Part shown: one piece after another, positions 44,851 through 55,311 of the stretch
Numbering within the stretch: position 1 is the first letter of the stretch
How the letters are laid out: the number at the start of each line of letters is the position of its first letter
Virus record (IMG/VR): IMGVR_UViG_3300025806_000001
Location: 1 to 55,464 of that record
DNA length: 55,464 nt
Direction: 5' to 3' (one strand)
Source of the DNA: a virus
Lineage: Duplodnaviria; Caudoviricetes
Program-made: the position numbers and the translations under genes
The notes under the pieces: model-generated
What the model was told of the DNA's origin: nothing
Database searches by the model: none
Seen by the model: the letters and a program-made list of their open reading frames with translations, nothing else

Positions 44851-47501
44851 TGGCAGAATTCGCACAGCGACCTATGGTTGCTCAGGGTATGCCTCCCTCT
44901 GCACCCAATGCAGTAGGGACAGGTATTACTTCTGGGTTAGTACCAGAAAACAACGACCCAATAATTCAACAGGGGATGGAACAATTTACATCTGCTGTTG
45001 ATGGTTTGTACACTAAGTTAGATCAATCAGAAAGTATAGAGGATGTTATAAACTCTGTAAGGGGTGATGAACAACCTATGAAAGCTAGGGTAGATGAACT
45101 AGCAGAGTTAGTTGGTGAAAAAGATGCCAAGAAAACTCCTGAATCAGTGTTAGCGGTTATGCAACCATACTTTCAAATTCTTGAAATGGTGCAATCCCAA
45201 GCGAGCGACGCAGCTCCAGGAGGAATCGCAGATGCTCCAATGGCAGGAGGTCGGCAGTCCACTGTAAATTTTAATAACGCCTCTCCAATCCAAGCTCCAG
45301 GATCGGATGAGGCGTCAATGCGTATAGCTATGGGAGAAACACCAGTTAATTTTGCACATGGCGGTTATCATGATCCCGTTACAGGACTGCCATCTACAAG
45401 ACCTACAACATTTAATAGCCCCCAAATGGTCCCAAATCCTTTTGGTAAAACAAACTACGCTACTAATTTGCCTGATTATGCAAAAATGGATTTCGGTAAT
45501 ATTGAAGCAGGAACTAATCGGTTTATGGATATTTTGACCCCATATGCTAAGTCGGGGCAAACAGATCCTTCAAAACTGATAAGTACACGTGAAGGTTTAT
45601 TAGAACAGTATTTAAAAGACCCCAGAAGCAAAGAAGAAATACTTGCAGAACAACAAGGGTTTTTCGGTGATCAAGATCAAAAAGATTTAGAAACACAAAG
45701 CTCTTTAGCATTAGCTAAATTTGGAGCTCAGGTTGCTCAAACTCCAGGATCTTTGTTACAGGCTTTAACAAAACCTGTACCTGAGTTTGCTACTGATTTA
45801 AGTAAGGTTGCTGCTCAAAAAGCAGCTTTAGATCGCAAAGCAAAAGAGTTTGCATATGATACAGAGCAAACGGAAAAGGCACAGTTAGAAGGTCAGAAGT
45901 TGTCGATAGCTATGAGCTCTATAGAAGAAGCAGCTAGAAATGAAAGTGATTTAAATAAACTAATTTTTAATGCAAGAGCTGATTCTTTAAGTAAAGGAGT
46001 TGACTTAGAAAAAACAAACATAGGGATAATAAATGCTAAAATAACTCAAGCCTATTCGGCTAACAATCAATTTGCTACATTAGGTACAGAGACTTGGGGC
46101 AAAGTAGATGACGATGGTAATGTGACTGTTATTGGTGTGCGTAGAACCGATAAAGGTCCTCAGAAATTTGATAATGGTTCCTTTGAAGCCATCCCTGAAG
46201 GCTATTACCCTATGGATGGTGCGACTATTAGAGCTGCTAGTGCAGCAGGAAAAATAGATTATTCTACAGCTACCGCTAAAACTTTAATGATTCCTGATGC
46301 TAGTACAGAGTCAGGGTTAAGGGAAGTGGCAGGTATTTTCTATAATGGATTTTACATGGTTTCAAAAAGTGGGAACCAAGTAGGAGCAGATGGCAAACCC
46401 GATTTTGTCCCTGCTCCTAATGGCTTTATTGTAGGAACTAAAGACATCTTTTCAACTTCTACTGATACAGTGGGTAGAACTACGATTACATTTCAACGTG
46501 GTCCAAGAAAAGGTCAAACTATTATGACCAAATTGGTAAACCAAGGAGCAGATGTTTACGAAACTGAAACTGAAGTTGTAAACGGCAAGGTAGTAGAAAA
46601 AATAGACCCCCAAACAGGTCGACCTATTATTATAAAAAATCCTGACGGTACTCCAAAAATTGTTGTTCCTGCAGGAGCGTCTGTTTCAGTTAATCCTGCT
46701 TATAGGCAAGAAACTCCTGAGTATGAATATTTTGACAGCAACAACCAACCTCTTGATGGTCCTGAAGGAGCAGCTACTAGAAAGTATGTAAGAGGAAATC
46801 CTTTAGCTAAAAACCTAGGGAAAGTAGGGGTTAAACCTGCTTCGCTTACTCCTTCTGCTTACGGCTTAGAACAACGAAAAATTCTTTCATTAAACCAAGC
46901 TTTGAATGCAGCAGATGAAGTTATACAATCTGTATTTAGTTCTGTTGGTCCTATAAATAGTGTGAAATCTTTTGTAAGTAATGCTATTGGTGGTTGGACA
47001 GATCAAAATTTAGACAATGCGTTGTTGGATTATTCTAAAACTCAAAGTGGTAGTCAAAATCTTGAGATGTTTGGTAGATCTTTAGCACGAGCTCTTGCAT
47101 TAAGTGACCGATATGCAGTTGCGGAACAAAAGCTAATACAAGAGTTAGCTGTTGAACCTGGAGGATTTTTTAAGTCTGCTAAAATGTCTGCTGTAAGATT
47201 AAAAGAACTTGTTCGCATACTGCAAAATGACTTAAACTACTCTACTGCTATTTTAAATGGAGAAGATTATGTCGAAACTCAATCTATGCCTGAGGGTACA
47301 AAAAACGATCCATTTATATACAGTGGCTATGGTCAGTTTGATTATTTGAAAATAGCAACAGCAAATGGAGCTAACTTTGACGGTAAGTTTATGATTATGA
47401 CAAACGAAGAAGCAAAAAGAATTTTCCCACAAGACAGATCAATATGGGGAGCAGGTGGTCCTGTTGAATTAAAAATTGGTGACCAAATAAAGTTTAACTA
47501 A
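44850..47501 (+). CDS. Putative internal virion protein
   Basis: Large ORF in the ejection block; ELAELVG..DA..TPESVL. Confidence 0.55.
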   Translation: MAEFAQRPMVAQGMPPSAPNAVGTGITSGLVPENNDPIIQQGMEQFTSAVDGLYTKLDQSESIEDVINSVRGDEQPMKARVDELAELVGEKDAKKTPESVLAVMQPYFQILEMVQSQASDAAPGGIADAPMAGGRQSTVNFNNASPIQAPGSDEASMRIAMGETPVNFAHGGYHDPVTGLPSTRPTTFNSPQMVPNPFGKTNYATNLPDYAKMDFGNIEAGTNRFMDILTPYAKSGQTDPSKLISTREGLLEQYLKDPRSKEEILAEQQGFFGDQDQKDLETQSSLALAKFGAQVAQTPGSLLQALTKPVPEFATDLSKVAAQKAALDRKAKEFAYDTEQTEKAQLEGQKLSIAMSSIEEAARNESDLNKLIFNARADSLSKGVDLEKTNIGIINAKITQAYSANNQFATLGTETWGKVDDDGNVTVIGVRRTDKGPQKFDNGSFEAIPEGYYPMDGATIRAASAAGKIDYSTATAKTLMIPDASTESGLREVAGIFYNGFYMVSKSGNQVGADGKPDFVPAPNGFIVGTKDIFSTSTDTVGRTTITFQRGPRKGQTIMTKLVNQGADVYETETEVVNGKVVEKIDPQTGRPIIIKNPDGTPKIVVPAGASVSVNPAYRQETPEYEYFDSNNQPLDGPEGAATRKYVRGNPLAKNLGKVGVKPASLTPSAYGLEQRKILSLNQALNAADEVIQSVFSSVGPINSVKSFVSNAIGGWTDQNLDNALLDYSKTQSGSQNLEMFGRSLARALALSDRYAVAEQKLIQELAVEPGGFFKSAKMSAVRLKELVRILQNDLNYSTAILNGEDYVETQSMPEGTKNDPFIYSGYGQFDYLKIATANGANFDGKFMIMTNEEAKRIFPQDRSIWGAGGPVELKIGDQIKFN

Positions 47502-47511
47502 AGGAAAGCAC

Positions 47512-50500
47512 ATGGCAGACCCACTAATATTAAGTGCTCCTACAATAGATGAAATAGAGAGCACAGCACCTAATCTTCAATTTTTAGATCCTCGCAAAGA
47601 TGATCAGAAAGGTCCTGATGCGATAGTACCTCAAGCAGAGGTTACTGCTCAAGTAGAGTTGCAACCTTCTAGACTGACACGTTTAGGTATCGATCCTAAA
47701 ACAGGAGAAAAAAGAGATTTACAGGAAATATATGATGAGCAATACGGTGGTTCTACCATAGCAGGAGAAGTTGCTATTGCTGCTAATGAATTTATAGATA
47801 ATAGTATTGGGGGTCTTGCACGAGGAGCTAACGATTTTATATTAGGGATTCCTAATTTTGCATTAAACCAAATTGATAACGCATTGACCGCAGCAGGAAT
47901 TGTAGAAGAAAATACGATCGATAGAGATTTTTTGCTTAGAGCCATAAACTCAAATGATTTTGAAGCACAGAAAACAATTATTCCTTATTTGTTAGCGTAT
48001 GGTGCAGGGGAAAGAATAGGTTCTACAGATAAAGATAGCATTGTTGAACGATACGGTCGATCAGCAGGAGAAAACATATCTATGGCTGTTCCTTTTATAG
48101 CTTTGCAAATGAAACTTGCTCAATTAACTAATCTTACAGGAAGTGCAGTTTATCAAGCAACTCGAGGTCCTATCAAATCTATATCAGACAAAGTAGCTCC
48201 TTATTTAGATCGCATAGCAGCTCCTTTTAGAACAGCTCCTGGAGCTGCCACAGCGGTAGAAGTAGCAGGAGCAGGTTTAGCAGGGGTAGGTATGCAAGCC
48301 GAAGAAGATATATTCGGCACAAATACTGGTATCGGTGGGTTGGCTGCTGTTGGTGCTCCTTTTTACTTAGCGACTAAAATGACTCCTCAACTCAAGACTG
48401 CTTTTACTTGGCTCGGTAAACCTGCAATGACAATGGCAGATGATGCTCTTTTAAAATCAGGAGTTGTAAGTCCTGGAGGAGGCAAAGCTCAAAGCCAGTT
48501 AGAAAATCAAATAGCTATTGCCAAAGGAACAAATGAAGGAGCTGCGAATTGGCAAAGAGCTCAAGAAATAGAAACAAAGCTAGGACCTTTTGCTCCTGAC
48601 GATAGTCCTATAGTTCTTACTCCAGGAGAAAAAACATTAGACGCTCCCTTTTTAGCTACCCAAGCACGTTTAGAAGGAAAAGGAGATGCGGAGTTTACAC
48701 GCAAAAACCTAAGTCGTAAATTTAATGTGTTAGAAAGTATTGCAAATTTTAAAAATTATTTGATAAAGGGCAAAGGCGACCCTACTTTAGATTCACCTTT
48801 ATACATTTATGATGAGGCTACAAACTCTTACACTTCTACAGTAGGTAAGTTAGATGCTGAAAAAGGTGATTTAGCTTTTCAATTAGATACTTTAAGCCAT
48901 CAAACTGATGGGGCTTTTCCTCTTATGACAGACAAAGCAGCAACAGGGGAACAAGTTCGTCAAAGTCTTATTGCAGCTAAAGACGCAGCTAAAAATTCTG
49001 CAGAACAACTCGCTACAAAATTAAAAATAAATCAAGCTGATCAGTTAGCAAGTAATGATGCCTTAGTCGCAGCACAAGAAAGTTTGAAAAAACAAGTTCT
49101 GACACGCCAAGGAGACGAAGCATTATCTTTTAAAGGTTTGCACCCTATAGTTAAAGATTTCTTAAATACAAAATTAAAACGTGTGTCTTTTCAAGATTGG
49201 AAAAGTTTTTCTAGCCAAACAAGTGATGCTCTTGGCAAAGCTGTAGCAAATAACAAAAGCGAAGATATAAGAACTCTAGCTATACTAAAGAAAACTTTAG
49301 ATAACATGGGTACTACTTACGGTAGAACTTCAGAGAAGTTTCAACAATTTCAAACAGTTTGGAGAGAAACGGTTATTGAACCATTTTCCAATAGTTTCGT
49401 AAGCAAAGTAATAGATGGTCCTGGAGGTAAACGAGGTTATACGTTAGCTCCTGAAAAAGTTGCCAAAGCTTTTTTAAGTGATTCTAATGCAGCTAAAACA
49501 TACATGAGTCTTTTTGCAGATGATCCAGATAAAATGAGGTTTATGAAGAACGCTGTTTTAGATGCAGTTCGCAAAGCAGGGATAGGACCGAAAGGTTTAA
49601 ATGCAGATAAAATAAATACCCACCTCAATACAAACAGGGATGTATATACAGAGCTCGGTTTATTTGATGACCTTAGTAACTCTAACAAATTAGTAAGTGA
49701 TGTGTTAGCTAGACAAGCTGAGTTAGCTACTAGAACAAAACTTGTTAATTCTAACTTGCTGTTTAAATCTATTGCAAAGTCTATGAACAACAGCAACCCA
49801 CAATCATTGTTTGACGATGCAATAAAAAACCCTACTATTATGAAAGAGCTAAAACAGATAGCAGCTAAAGGGTCTGACAGTTTATCGCCAGAAGAATCTT
49901 TGTATGTTTTTCGGGCTGCAATAACAGATAGGTTGTTTAAAAATTACAGTGGAACTGATGTTCTTGCTAATCCTAAAGCTTTCAAACAAATGATTGTAGA
50001 TAACGAAGTTGCGTTAAACCAAGCTTTTGATAAAAAACACTTAGACAATATTTATCTTGTAGCGGATGCAGCAGAAAGAATAATGGCGACAGGTCTACCT
50101 AAAGGAGCAGGTACAACTACTGACGATATTATCACTGCTTTATCTGCTAAAATGGGAACCTCTCCTGCAGGAATCTCTAACCGTTTCATTGCTGTGCAAG
50201 AAGGAAGGTTAGGACCAAGAGCTGCTATAGGATATATTGCTTCAAGGTTTTTAAGGCAACAAAGTAGTGCCAGAACAGAAATGTTATTTAAAGAAATGAT
50301 GTTTAATCCTCAAGTTGCAAATGATTTAACTGTGATAGGACCTAAAAACCTTAGTATATCAGAGCCTGTGCGTCTTAGGATGAACACTTATCTGTTTAAC
50401 GTAGGAGTAGAAGCGTTAGGAGGTCGACCAGATGTTGACCCAGATACTACAAGGGAAATTATTTTTGAAGCCCCAATAGGTAATCAAGGTTCTGTTTCAC

Positions 50501-50700
50501 CTAATATTTTACCGCCTGTTAATACTAATCAGTTTGCTGCTGCTCCAGTGAATAATGCTCCACCTCCTGCTCCTGTAGCAAGTAAGCAACAAACAAATAC
50601 TCAAACAGCCTCAGCTAGTGATCTTTTCCCTTTCGATCCAACGCTTGCTGCTATAGAAAAAAGACAAAACGCTAAACAAGGCATAATGTCTGTTACCTAA
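47512..50700 (+). CDS. Putative large internal virion / ejection protein
   Basis: 1062 aa, helical, last in the ejection block. Confidence 0.55.
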   Translation: MADPLILSAPTIDEIESTAPNLQFLDPRKDDQKGPDAIVPQAEVTAQVELQPSRLTRLGIDPKTGEKRDLQEIYDEQYGGSTIAGEVAIAANEFIDNSIGGLARGANDFILGIPNFALNQIDNALTAAGIVEENTIDRDFLLRAINSNDFEAQKTIIPYLLAYGAGERIGSTDKDSIVERYGRSAGENISMAVPFIALQMKLAQLTNLTGSAVYQATRGPIKSISDKVAPYLDRIAAPFRTAPGAATAVEVAGAGLAGVGMQAEEDIFGTNTGIGGLAAVGAPFYLATKMTPQLKTAFTWLGKPAMTMADDALLKSGVVSPGGGKAQSQLENQIAIAKGTNEGAANWQRAQEIETKLGPFAPDDSPIVLTPGEKTLDAPFLATQARLEGKGDAEFTRKNLSRKFNVLESIANFKNYLIKGKGDPTLDSPLYIYDEATNSYTSTVGKLDAEKGDLAFQLDTLSHQTDGAFPLMTDKAATGEQVRQSLIAAKDAAKNSAEQLATKLKINQADQLASNDALVAAQESLKKQVLTRQGDEALSFKGLHPIVKDFLNTKLKRVSFQDWKSFSSQTSDALGKAVANNKSEDIRTLAILKKTLDNMGTTYGRTSEKFQQFQTVWRETVIEPFSNSFVSKVIDGPGGKRGYTLAPEKVAKAFLSDSNAAKTYMSLFADDPDKMRFMKNAVLDAVRKAGIGPKGLNADKINTHLNTNRDVYTELGLFDDLSNSNKLVSDVLARQAELATRTKLVNSNLLFKSIAKSMNNSNPQSLFDDAIKNPTIMKELKQIAAKGSDSLSPEESLYVFRAAITDRLFKNYSGTDVLANPKAFKQMIVDNEVALNQAFDKKHLDNIYLVADAAERIMATGLPKGAGTTTDDIITALSAKMGTSPAGISNRFIAVQEGRLGPRAAIGYIASRFLRQQSSARTEMLFKEMMFNPQVANDLTVIGPKNLSISEPVRLRMNTYLFNVGVEALGGRPDVDPDTTREIIFEAPIGNQGSVSPNILPPVNTNQFAAAPVNNAPPPAPVASKQQTNTQTASASDLFPFDPTLAAIEKRQNAKQGIMSVT

Positions 50701-50752
50701 TTGATATTAATAAAAACATGAATAAATTATCAAAAGAAAGCATTGTTAGAAC

Positions 50753-51178
50753 ATGGATCTACCCAAGATAAACATAGCTGTAGCTGCTTCAGCAGTGGTT
50801 GCGATTGTGTCTACTGTGGGCGGTGGTATATGGTATGCTTCTTCGCAAGCTTCAGTAATAGAAAGCTTAACAGAACAAGTTGAAGTTTTAACAATAGAAA
50901 ATAATGCAACTGACCGTACAAACCTAATTCGCGATGTAGAACAAAACAGAGAAAAACTTGATGAAGTAGCCCATATACTTGCAGAAATTTATGAGGATAT
51001 GGAAGAAGCAGATAACGAAATTTGGGATGAAACTGAAATGATTTGGGAAGATGTAGGTGGCATGGCTTCTCATATGATGGAAATAATTAGAGTTCAAGCT
51101 CGCATTAAAACTTTAGAAAGTACAATGGAGTATCTTACAGGCAGTTCAAGATCCCCTCTTCATCCTGACGCAAGGTAG
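50753..51178 (+). CDS. N-terminal TM plus coiled-coil protein
   Basis: Hydrophobic N-terminus, acidic heptads. Confidence 0.6.
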   Translation: MDLPKINIAVAASAVVAIVSTVGGGIWYASSQASVIESLTEQVEVLTIENNATDRTNLIRDVEQNREKLDEVAHILAEIYEDMEEADNEIWDETEMIWEDVGGMASHMMEIIRVQARIKTLESTMEYLTGSSRSPLHPDAR

Positions 51179-51187
51179 TAATACCCA

Positions 51188-51664
51188 ATGATAGATCCCG
51201 CAAGTGCAATCGCAGCCTGTACTCTTGCTTTTAAGGGCATAAAGAAAGCCGTTTCTATAGGCAAAGATATCAGTGACATGGGAAGGGATCTTTCTAATTT
51301 TGGTAAAGCTGTTTCTGATTTAAATTATCTTGGTAATAAAGCTAATAACCCACCTTTATGGAAAAAAGTAAAACCTGGATTTGATACTTCTGCGGTAGAA
51401 ATTTGGGCAGCTCAACAAAAAGCTAAAGAGATGCGAGAAGAGTTACGTGATTATATTAGTCTTTACTATGGACCAAGTGCTTGGAAAGCTATCGTTAACA
51501 TTGAAGTAGAACAAAGACGTTTACAAAAAGAAGCGGTATACAAAAGACAAGAAAAAATAGATCACCTCATAAATTGGGGTGTTGGGATTGGAATTGTTTT
51601 AATTGGCTTGGTTATATTTGGAGCAGTGATATACTTTATAGGCAAAGGTAGGGGTCAGTGGTAA
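51188..51664 (+). CDS. Hypothetical membrane protein
   Basis: MIDP.SAIA start, C-terminal TM. Confidence 0.65.
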   Translation: MIDPASAIAACTLAFKGIKKAVSIGKDISDMGRDLSNFGKAVSDLNYLGNKANNPPLWKKVKPGFDTSAVEIWAAQQKAKEMREELRDYISLYYGPSAWKAIVNIEVEQRRLQKEAVYKRQEKIDHLINWGVGIGIVLIGLVIFGAVIYFIGKGRGQW

Positions 51665-51837
51665 TGGTTTATGTTTTAGTGTTCTTGCATTTTATTAATA
51701 CAGACCATTTAAAATATTATCAAATTGATACATATTCAGACAAACAAGAATGTTTAGCTCAAGCGGAAAAGGCAAAAATACTGGTAACACACAACTCAAT
51801 GAAAGTAACGTGTTTAGAAATTACAACCAGTAATTAA
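51664..51837 (+). CDS. Small hypothetical protein (57 aa, absent from ORF track)
   Basis: TAATG coupling; MVYVLVFLHF...EC...VTC. Confidence 0.55.
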   Translation: MVYVLVFLHFINTDHLKYYQIDTYSDKQECLAQAEKAKILVTHNSMKVTCLEITTSN

Positions 51838-53273
51838 ATTATCCAGTCTTTGTAACCTTCAGCTAATACTTGTGAGCTAATGTCTATCTTATTACGCAAC
51901 GCCCTAAGTATTTTTTCATCGCTTGTGTTGTCTGCAACAATATCAATATAGGTAACTTTATTAACTTGTCCTATACGGTGAGCTCTATCTTCACTTTGCA
52001 ATCTTACTTCTAAATCGTATCCATTGCTGTAATAGATCACTGTTTTTGCTTCTGTCAGAGTCAGCCCATAGCCACCTGTGCGTGGTTGCCCAACAAAGAA
52101 CCTCAGAGGATCGTCTTTATCTTGAAATCTTTCAACAATTAACTGCCTTTCTTCTCCTGGAGTTCCACCATAAAATAATTCTACAGATTCAGGACCATAC
52201 TGCTTGGCAAGAGCTTCACCTATAATTTCAAGATCATGGGTAAAGTTCCCCCATATAATTGCCTTACCATCTGTTTCTTCCAACAAAGACATAAGCTCAG
52301 TTAGCTTGTTGCTTGGAACTTTGATCATTCGCCCATCTTCTAACTTTGCAAAACCAGAGCAAACTTGCTGCAACCTTAACAGTTGAGTTAGTATAGTAGA
52401 GGCAGAAATCATACCTTCACCTTCAATGATTGCGAGGGCGTTGCGTTTTAATTGGTCGTACAATTTACGTTGCTCGGGTGTTAGCTCTACTAATCGTTTG
52501 GTATATACTTTGTCAGGTAAATCTAAACAGTCTTCTTTGCGTACCCTAAAGCTGAAGTCTTCTATTAGTTCGTTTAGCTCACTTAGGTTTTGGTATCCTA
52601 CAATCTGGTTAAATGAGTGAGCTCCCATATTTTTCCGCACCATTTTAGCATAGCGGTTTTGGAATGTCCAGAAAGATGTATGCCCTAATACATTGTTTTT
52701 CAAGAAGTCACATTGTGTGAACAAATCAAGTGGCGACTTAGTCACAGGCGATCCTGTAAGTATTCTACGATAAGGAGCATTTTTACCAAGTTTAATTATA
52801 CTCTTTGTACGATTTGCTGTTCGTGATTTTATGGTAGTGCTTTCATCTACAGCAAGCATTGCCCTATGGCACAGTAGAAATTTATCAGCAACCTCAACCC
52901 CACGTTTACTTGACAATGCCTCTACATTCATAAGGAATATTTGTAGGTCATCCGTTTGTTTATTCAACGTGTTTAATTCTTCTTGTTTCTTTTTTGTTTT
53001 TTCTGGCGACCATGTAACAATGTTCGCTTTTACATGATCTGGCAAATGTGTGGGTAGTTCTTTGCGTTCCCAGTTTCTATACACACCTTTTGGTGCAATG
53101 ATCAACGCAGAATCTATTTCACCTTTATCGTACAACATAGCAATGTTATCTATAAGAACTTTAGATTTACCTGTACCCATATCCATAAAAAGAGCATAAT
53201 ACTCTTTAGTCCAAGATTTTTCTAAAGCTTCGAGTTGGTGCTCGTATGGCTTGAATTTAAACTTGTATCGCAT
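51834..53273 (-). CDS. SNF2-family (SF2) helicase
   Basis: MDMGTGKS, VDES, ILTGSP, GGYGLTLT, QSEDRAHRIGQ; start moved to 53273. Confidence 0.92.
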   Translation of the reverse strand: MRYKFKFKPYEHQLEALEKSWTKEYYALFMDMGTGKSKVLIDNIAMLYDKGEIDSALIIAPKGVYRNWERKELPTHLPDHVKANIVTWSPEKTKKKQEELNTLNKQTDDLQIFLMNVEALSSKRGVEVADKFLLCHRAMLAVDESTTIKSRTANRTKSIIKLGKNAPYRRILTGSPVTKSPLDLFTQCDFLKNNVLGHTSFWTFQNRYAKMVRKNMGAHSFNQIVGYQNLSELNELIEDFSFRVRKEDCLDLPDKVYTKRLVELTPEQRKLYDQLKRNALAIIEGEGMISASTILTQLLRLQQVCSGFAKLEDGRMIKVPSNKLTELMSLLEETDGKAIIWGNFTHDLEIIGEALAKQYGPESVELFYGGTPGEERQLIVERFQDKDDPLRFFVGQPRTGGYGLTLTEAKTVIYYSNGYDLEVRLQSEDRAHRIGQVNKVTYIDIVADNTSDEKILRALRNKIDISSQVLAEGYKDWII

Positions 53274-53323
53274 TCGCCCTCTTTCTATTGGGTACAACAA
53301 TTCTATTACACAGCTATATAATA

Positions 53324-53341
53324 GACAACTGCTATTTTATC
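53324..53341. promoter_or_regulatory. Palindromic operator-like site GAYAA-N8-TTRTC in the divergent intergenic region
   Basis: GACAA ctgctatt TTATC. Confidence 0.55.
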
Positions 53342-53452
53342 TGGTTTGCTATATAGAGGTAAAAGACCGATAGGATTGTTTTAAGTTTTTAACATTTATA
53401 AATATACGATATACAATATCTTCAACTTTCGTGGTCGCGCGACTAAATCGGA
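53337..53452. repeat. Non-coding element, copy 2 (related to 16045-16232)
   Basis: Same ordered blocks; GTCGCGCGAC palindrome at 53434-53443. Confidence 0.75.
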
Positions 53453-53601
53453 CTTTATTTTATTGGTCATTGCTTTGTTTTTAGTGCCTATTAGTAAAAG
53501 TTAAAACCCCTACAAGATAGTGGAGATAGTAAAGGATAACTTACTGCTTTTATTTTTACGCTATACCAAGTAAAGTTAAATATACCCATGTGGAGAAAGA
53601 C

Positions 53602-53928
53602 ATGACAGTTTATATTACACAAGAAATGCGAGGTCGTGACATTACAGATGCCACTAGCTTCGGCGATGTTGAAATACTTGTTCCTGCAGGAGAGCAAGCA
53701 AGTTATTCTACACAACCTATTATGAGACAAATTAACAGAAAGCTAAGTAAGTTTTCTGATGATGACTACCTTATTTTAGCAGGAGACCCTGTTGTTATTG
53801 CTTTATGTGCTTGCCTTGCAGCAAGAACTAACAGGGGCAAATTCAAAATGTTAAAGTGGGATAGGCAAGAAGGAAAGTATTTTCCTTTAACCGCAGACCT
53901 AAATTACAGACCAGGAGGTGACAAATGA
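53602..53928 (+). CDS. Conserved hypothetical protein
   Basis: DDYLILAGDP, LKWDRQ..Y; start moved to ATG 53602 after GGAG. Confidence 0.65.
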   Translation: MTVYITQEMRGRDITDATSFGDVEILVPAGEQASYSTQPIMRQINRKLSKFSDDDYLILAGDPVVIALCACLAARTNRGKFKMLKWDRQEGKYFPLTADLNYRPGGDK

Positions 53929-54485
53929 GTAGCGACTTTGAATCTGTTGCAGAACAGTTCAGTGCAATAAATGAAGATGGTATGAGCAGAGTAAGTAAAC
54001 TTGCTCGTTTGCAATTAACACTAGAAGAGCGTGTGAAAGCATTAGAAGAAGATGTTAAGGAAGCTAAAAGAAGCTTAAAGGAAGTAGCAGAGGAACAATT
54101 ACCTGCTGCGATGGCTGAATATAACATGACTAAAATTGGCTTAGAAGATGGTTCAGAAATTAAAATTAATAAATTTTACAGTGCTTCTATACCGAAAGAT
54201 AAAGCAGACTTATCGTTTGCATGGTTATTGGAAAACGGTTTCGGTGACTTAATAAAGAACCAAGTAGCTACAAACTTTGTTCGTGGACAAGAAACACAAG
54301 CAAACGAGTTTGCAGAGGAATTGACAGAAAGAGGTATGCCTGTCAATAGCAGAAAATGGGTAGAACCTATGTCATTGAAGGCTTGGTACAAAGAGTCTAC
54401 TGAAAACGGTATTTCTATACCAGACGAACTGTTCGGTGGTTACATCGGAGAGAAAGCAAAAATAACTACTCCAAAGAAAGGGTAA
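53925..54485 (+). CDS. Conserved replication-module protein (coiled-coil N-terminus)
   Basis: EQLPAAM.E, WL.ENGFGDLIKN, VEPMSLKAW. Confidence 0.65.
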   Translation: MSSDFESVAEQFSAINEDGMSRVSKLARLQLTLEERVKALEEDVKEAKRSLKEVAEEQLPAAMAEYNMTKIGLEDGSEIKINKFYSASIPKDKADLSFAWLLENGFGDLIKNQVATNFVRGQETQANEFAEELTERGMPVNSRKWVEPMSLKAWYKESTENGISIPDELFGGYIGEKAKITTPKKG

Positions 54486-54488
54486 AAT

Positions 54489-55295
54489 ATGTCAGATACT
54501 AAAGAAGTGGCGAAAGCCAAGAGCTCAGAAGTTGCCTCATACGAAGGCATGGAGCAATACAGTGGTACAGGATTTGGTGAGGTAGGTTCAGAAGACCTTT
54601 CAATACCGTTCCTAAGAATTCTTGCACAGCTTTCGCCACAAGTTAACAAGCAAGATGGTGCTTATGTTGCAGGAGCAGAAGCAGGTATGATGTTCAATAC
54701 TGTATTGAACGAAGTGTACGATGGTGACCAAGGTATTCAAGTTGTGCCATGCCATTACAACAGACGTTTTGTTGAATGGAAACAACGTGAAGCAGGTGGT
54801 GGATATGTTGGTTCATACCTACCAGATGACCCTATTAAGGATACAACCACCCAGAACGAAAGAGGGCAAGATGTATTGCCAAATGGCAATCTGCTAACTA
54901 ACACATCGCAGTTTTTTGTATTGATGTTACACCCTACATTCGGTGCTCAGCGTGTGCTTATGACCATGTCGTCTACACAACTTAAGAAGGGTAGGAAGTG
55001 GTTGACACAGGCACAATCTATGACAGCTAAAGGTAAAAACGGTATTTATGTTTTGCCTCTTATGTCACAGGTGTACACTGTAAAAACCACACCAGAAAAG
55101 AACGATAAAGGTAACTGGTTTGGTTGGGATATTAGCCGTGAACGTGGGCTAAATCTTTCTGTTCCTGCTGATAAAGACATATTTGAGTCAGCGGTTGGAT
55201 TTGCTAAATCTGTAGAAGCAGGTGAGGTAAAGGTAAAAGATGAAGAACCAAAAGATGTAACTCCTAATGAAAAAGATGACGAAATACCATTTTAA
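54489..55295 (+). CDS. Putative ssDNA-binding/recombination protein
   Basis: DLSIPFL.I.Q.LSPQV, aromatic beta-rich core, acidic DDEIPF C-terminus typical of SSBs. Confidence 0.6.
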   Translation: MSDTKEVAKAKSSEVASYEGMEQYSGTGFGEVGSEDLSIPFLRILAQLSPQVNKQDGAYVAGAEAGMMFNTVLNEVYDGDQGIQVVPCHYNRRFVEWKQREAGGGYVGSYLPDDPIKDTTTQNERGQDVLPNGNLLTNTSQFFVLMLHPTFGAQRVLMTMSSTQLKKGRKWLTQAQSMTAKGKNGIYVLPLMSQVYTVKTTPEKNDKGNWFGWDISRERGLNLSVPADKDIFESAVGFAKSVEAGEVKVKDEEPKDVTPNEKDDEIPF

Positions 55296-55311
55296 AAAGT
55301 CATAAACGGAA

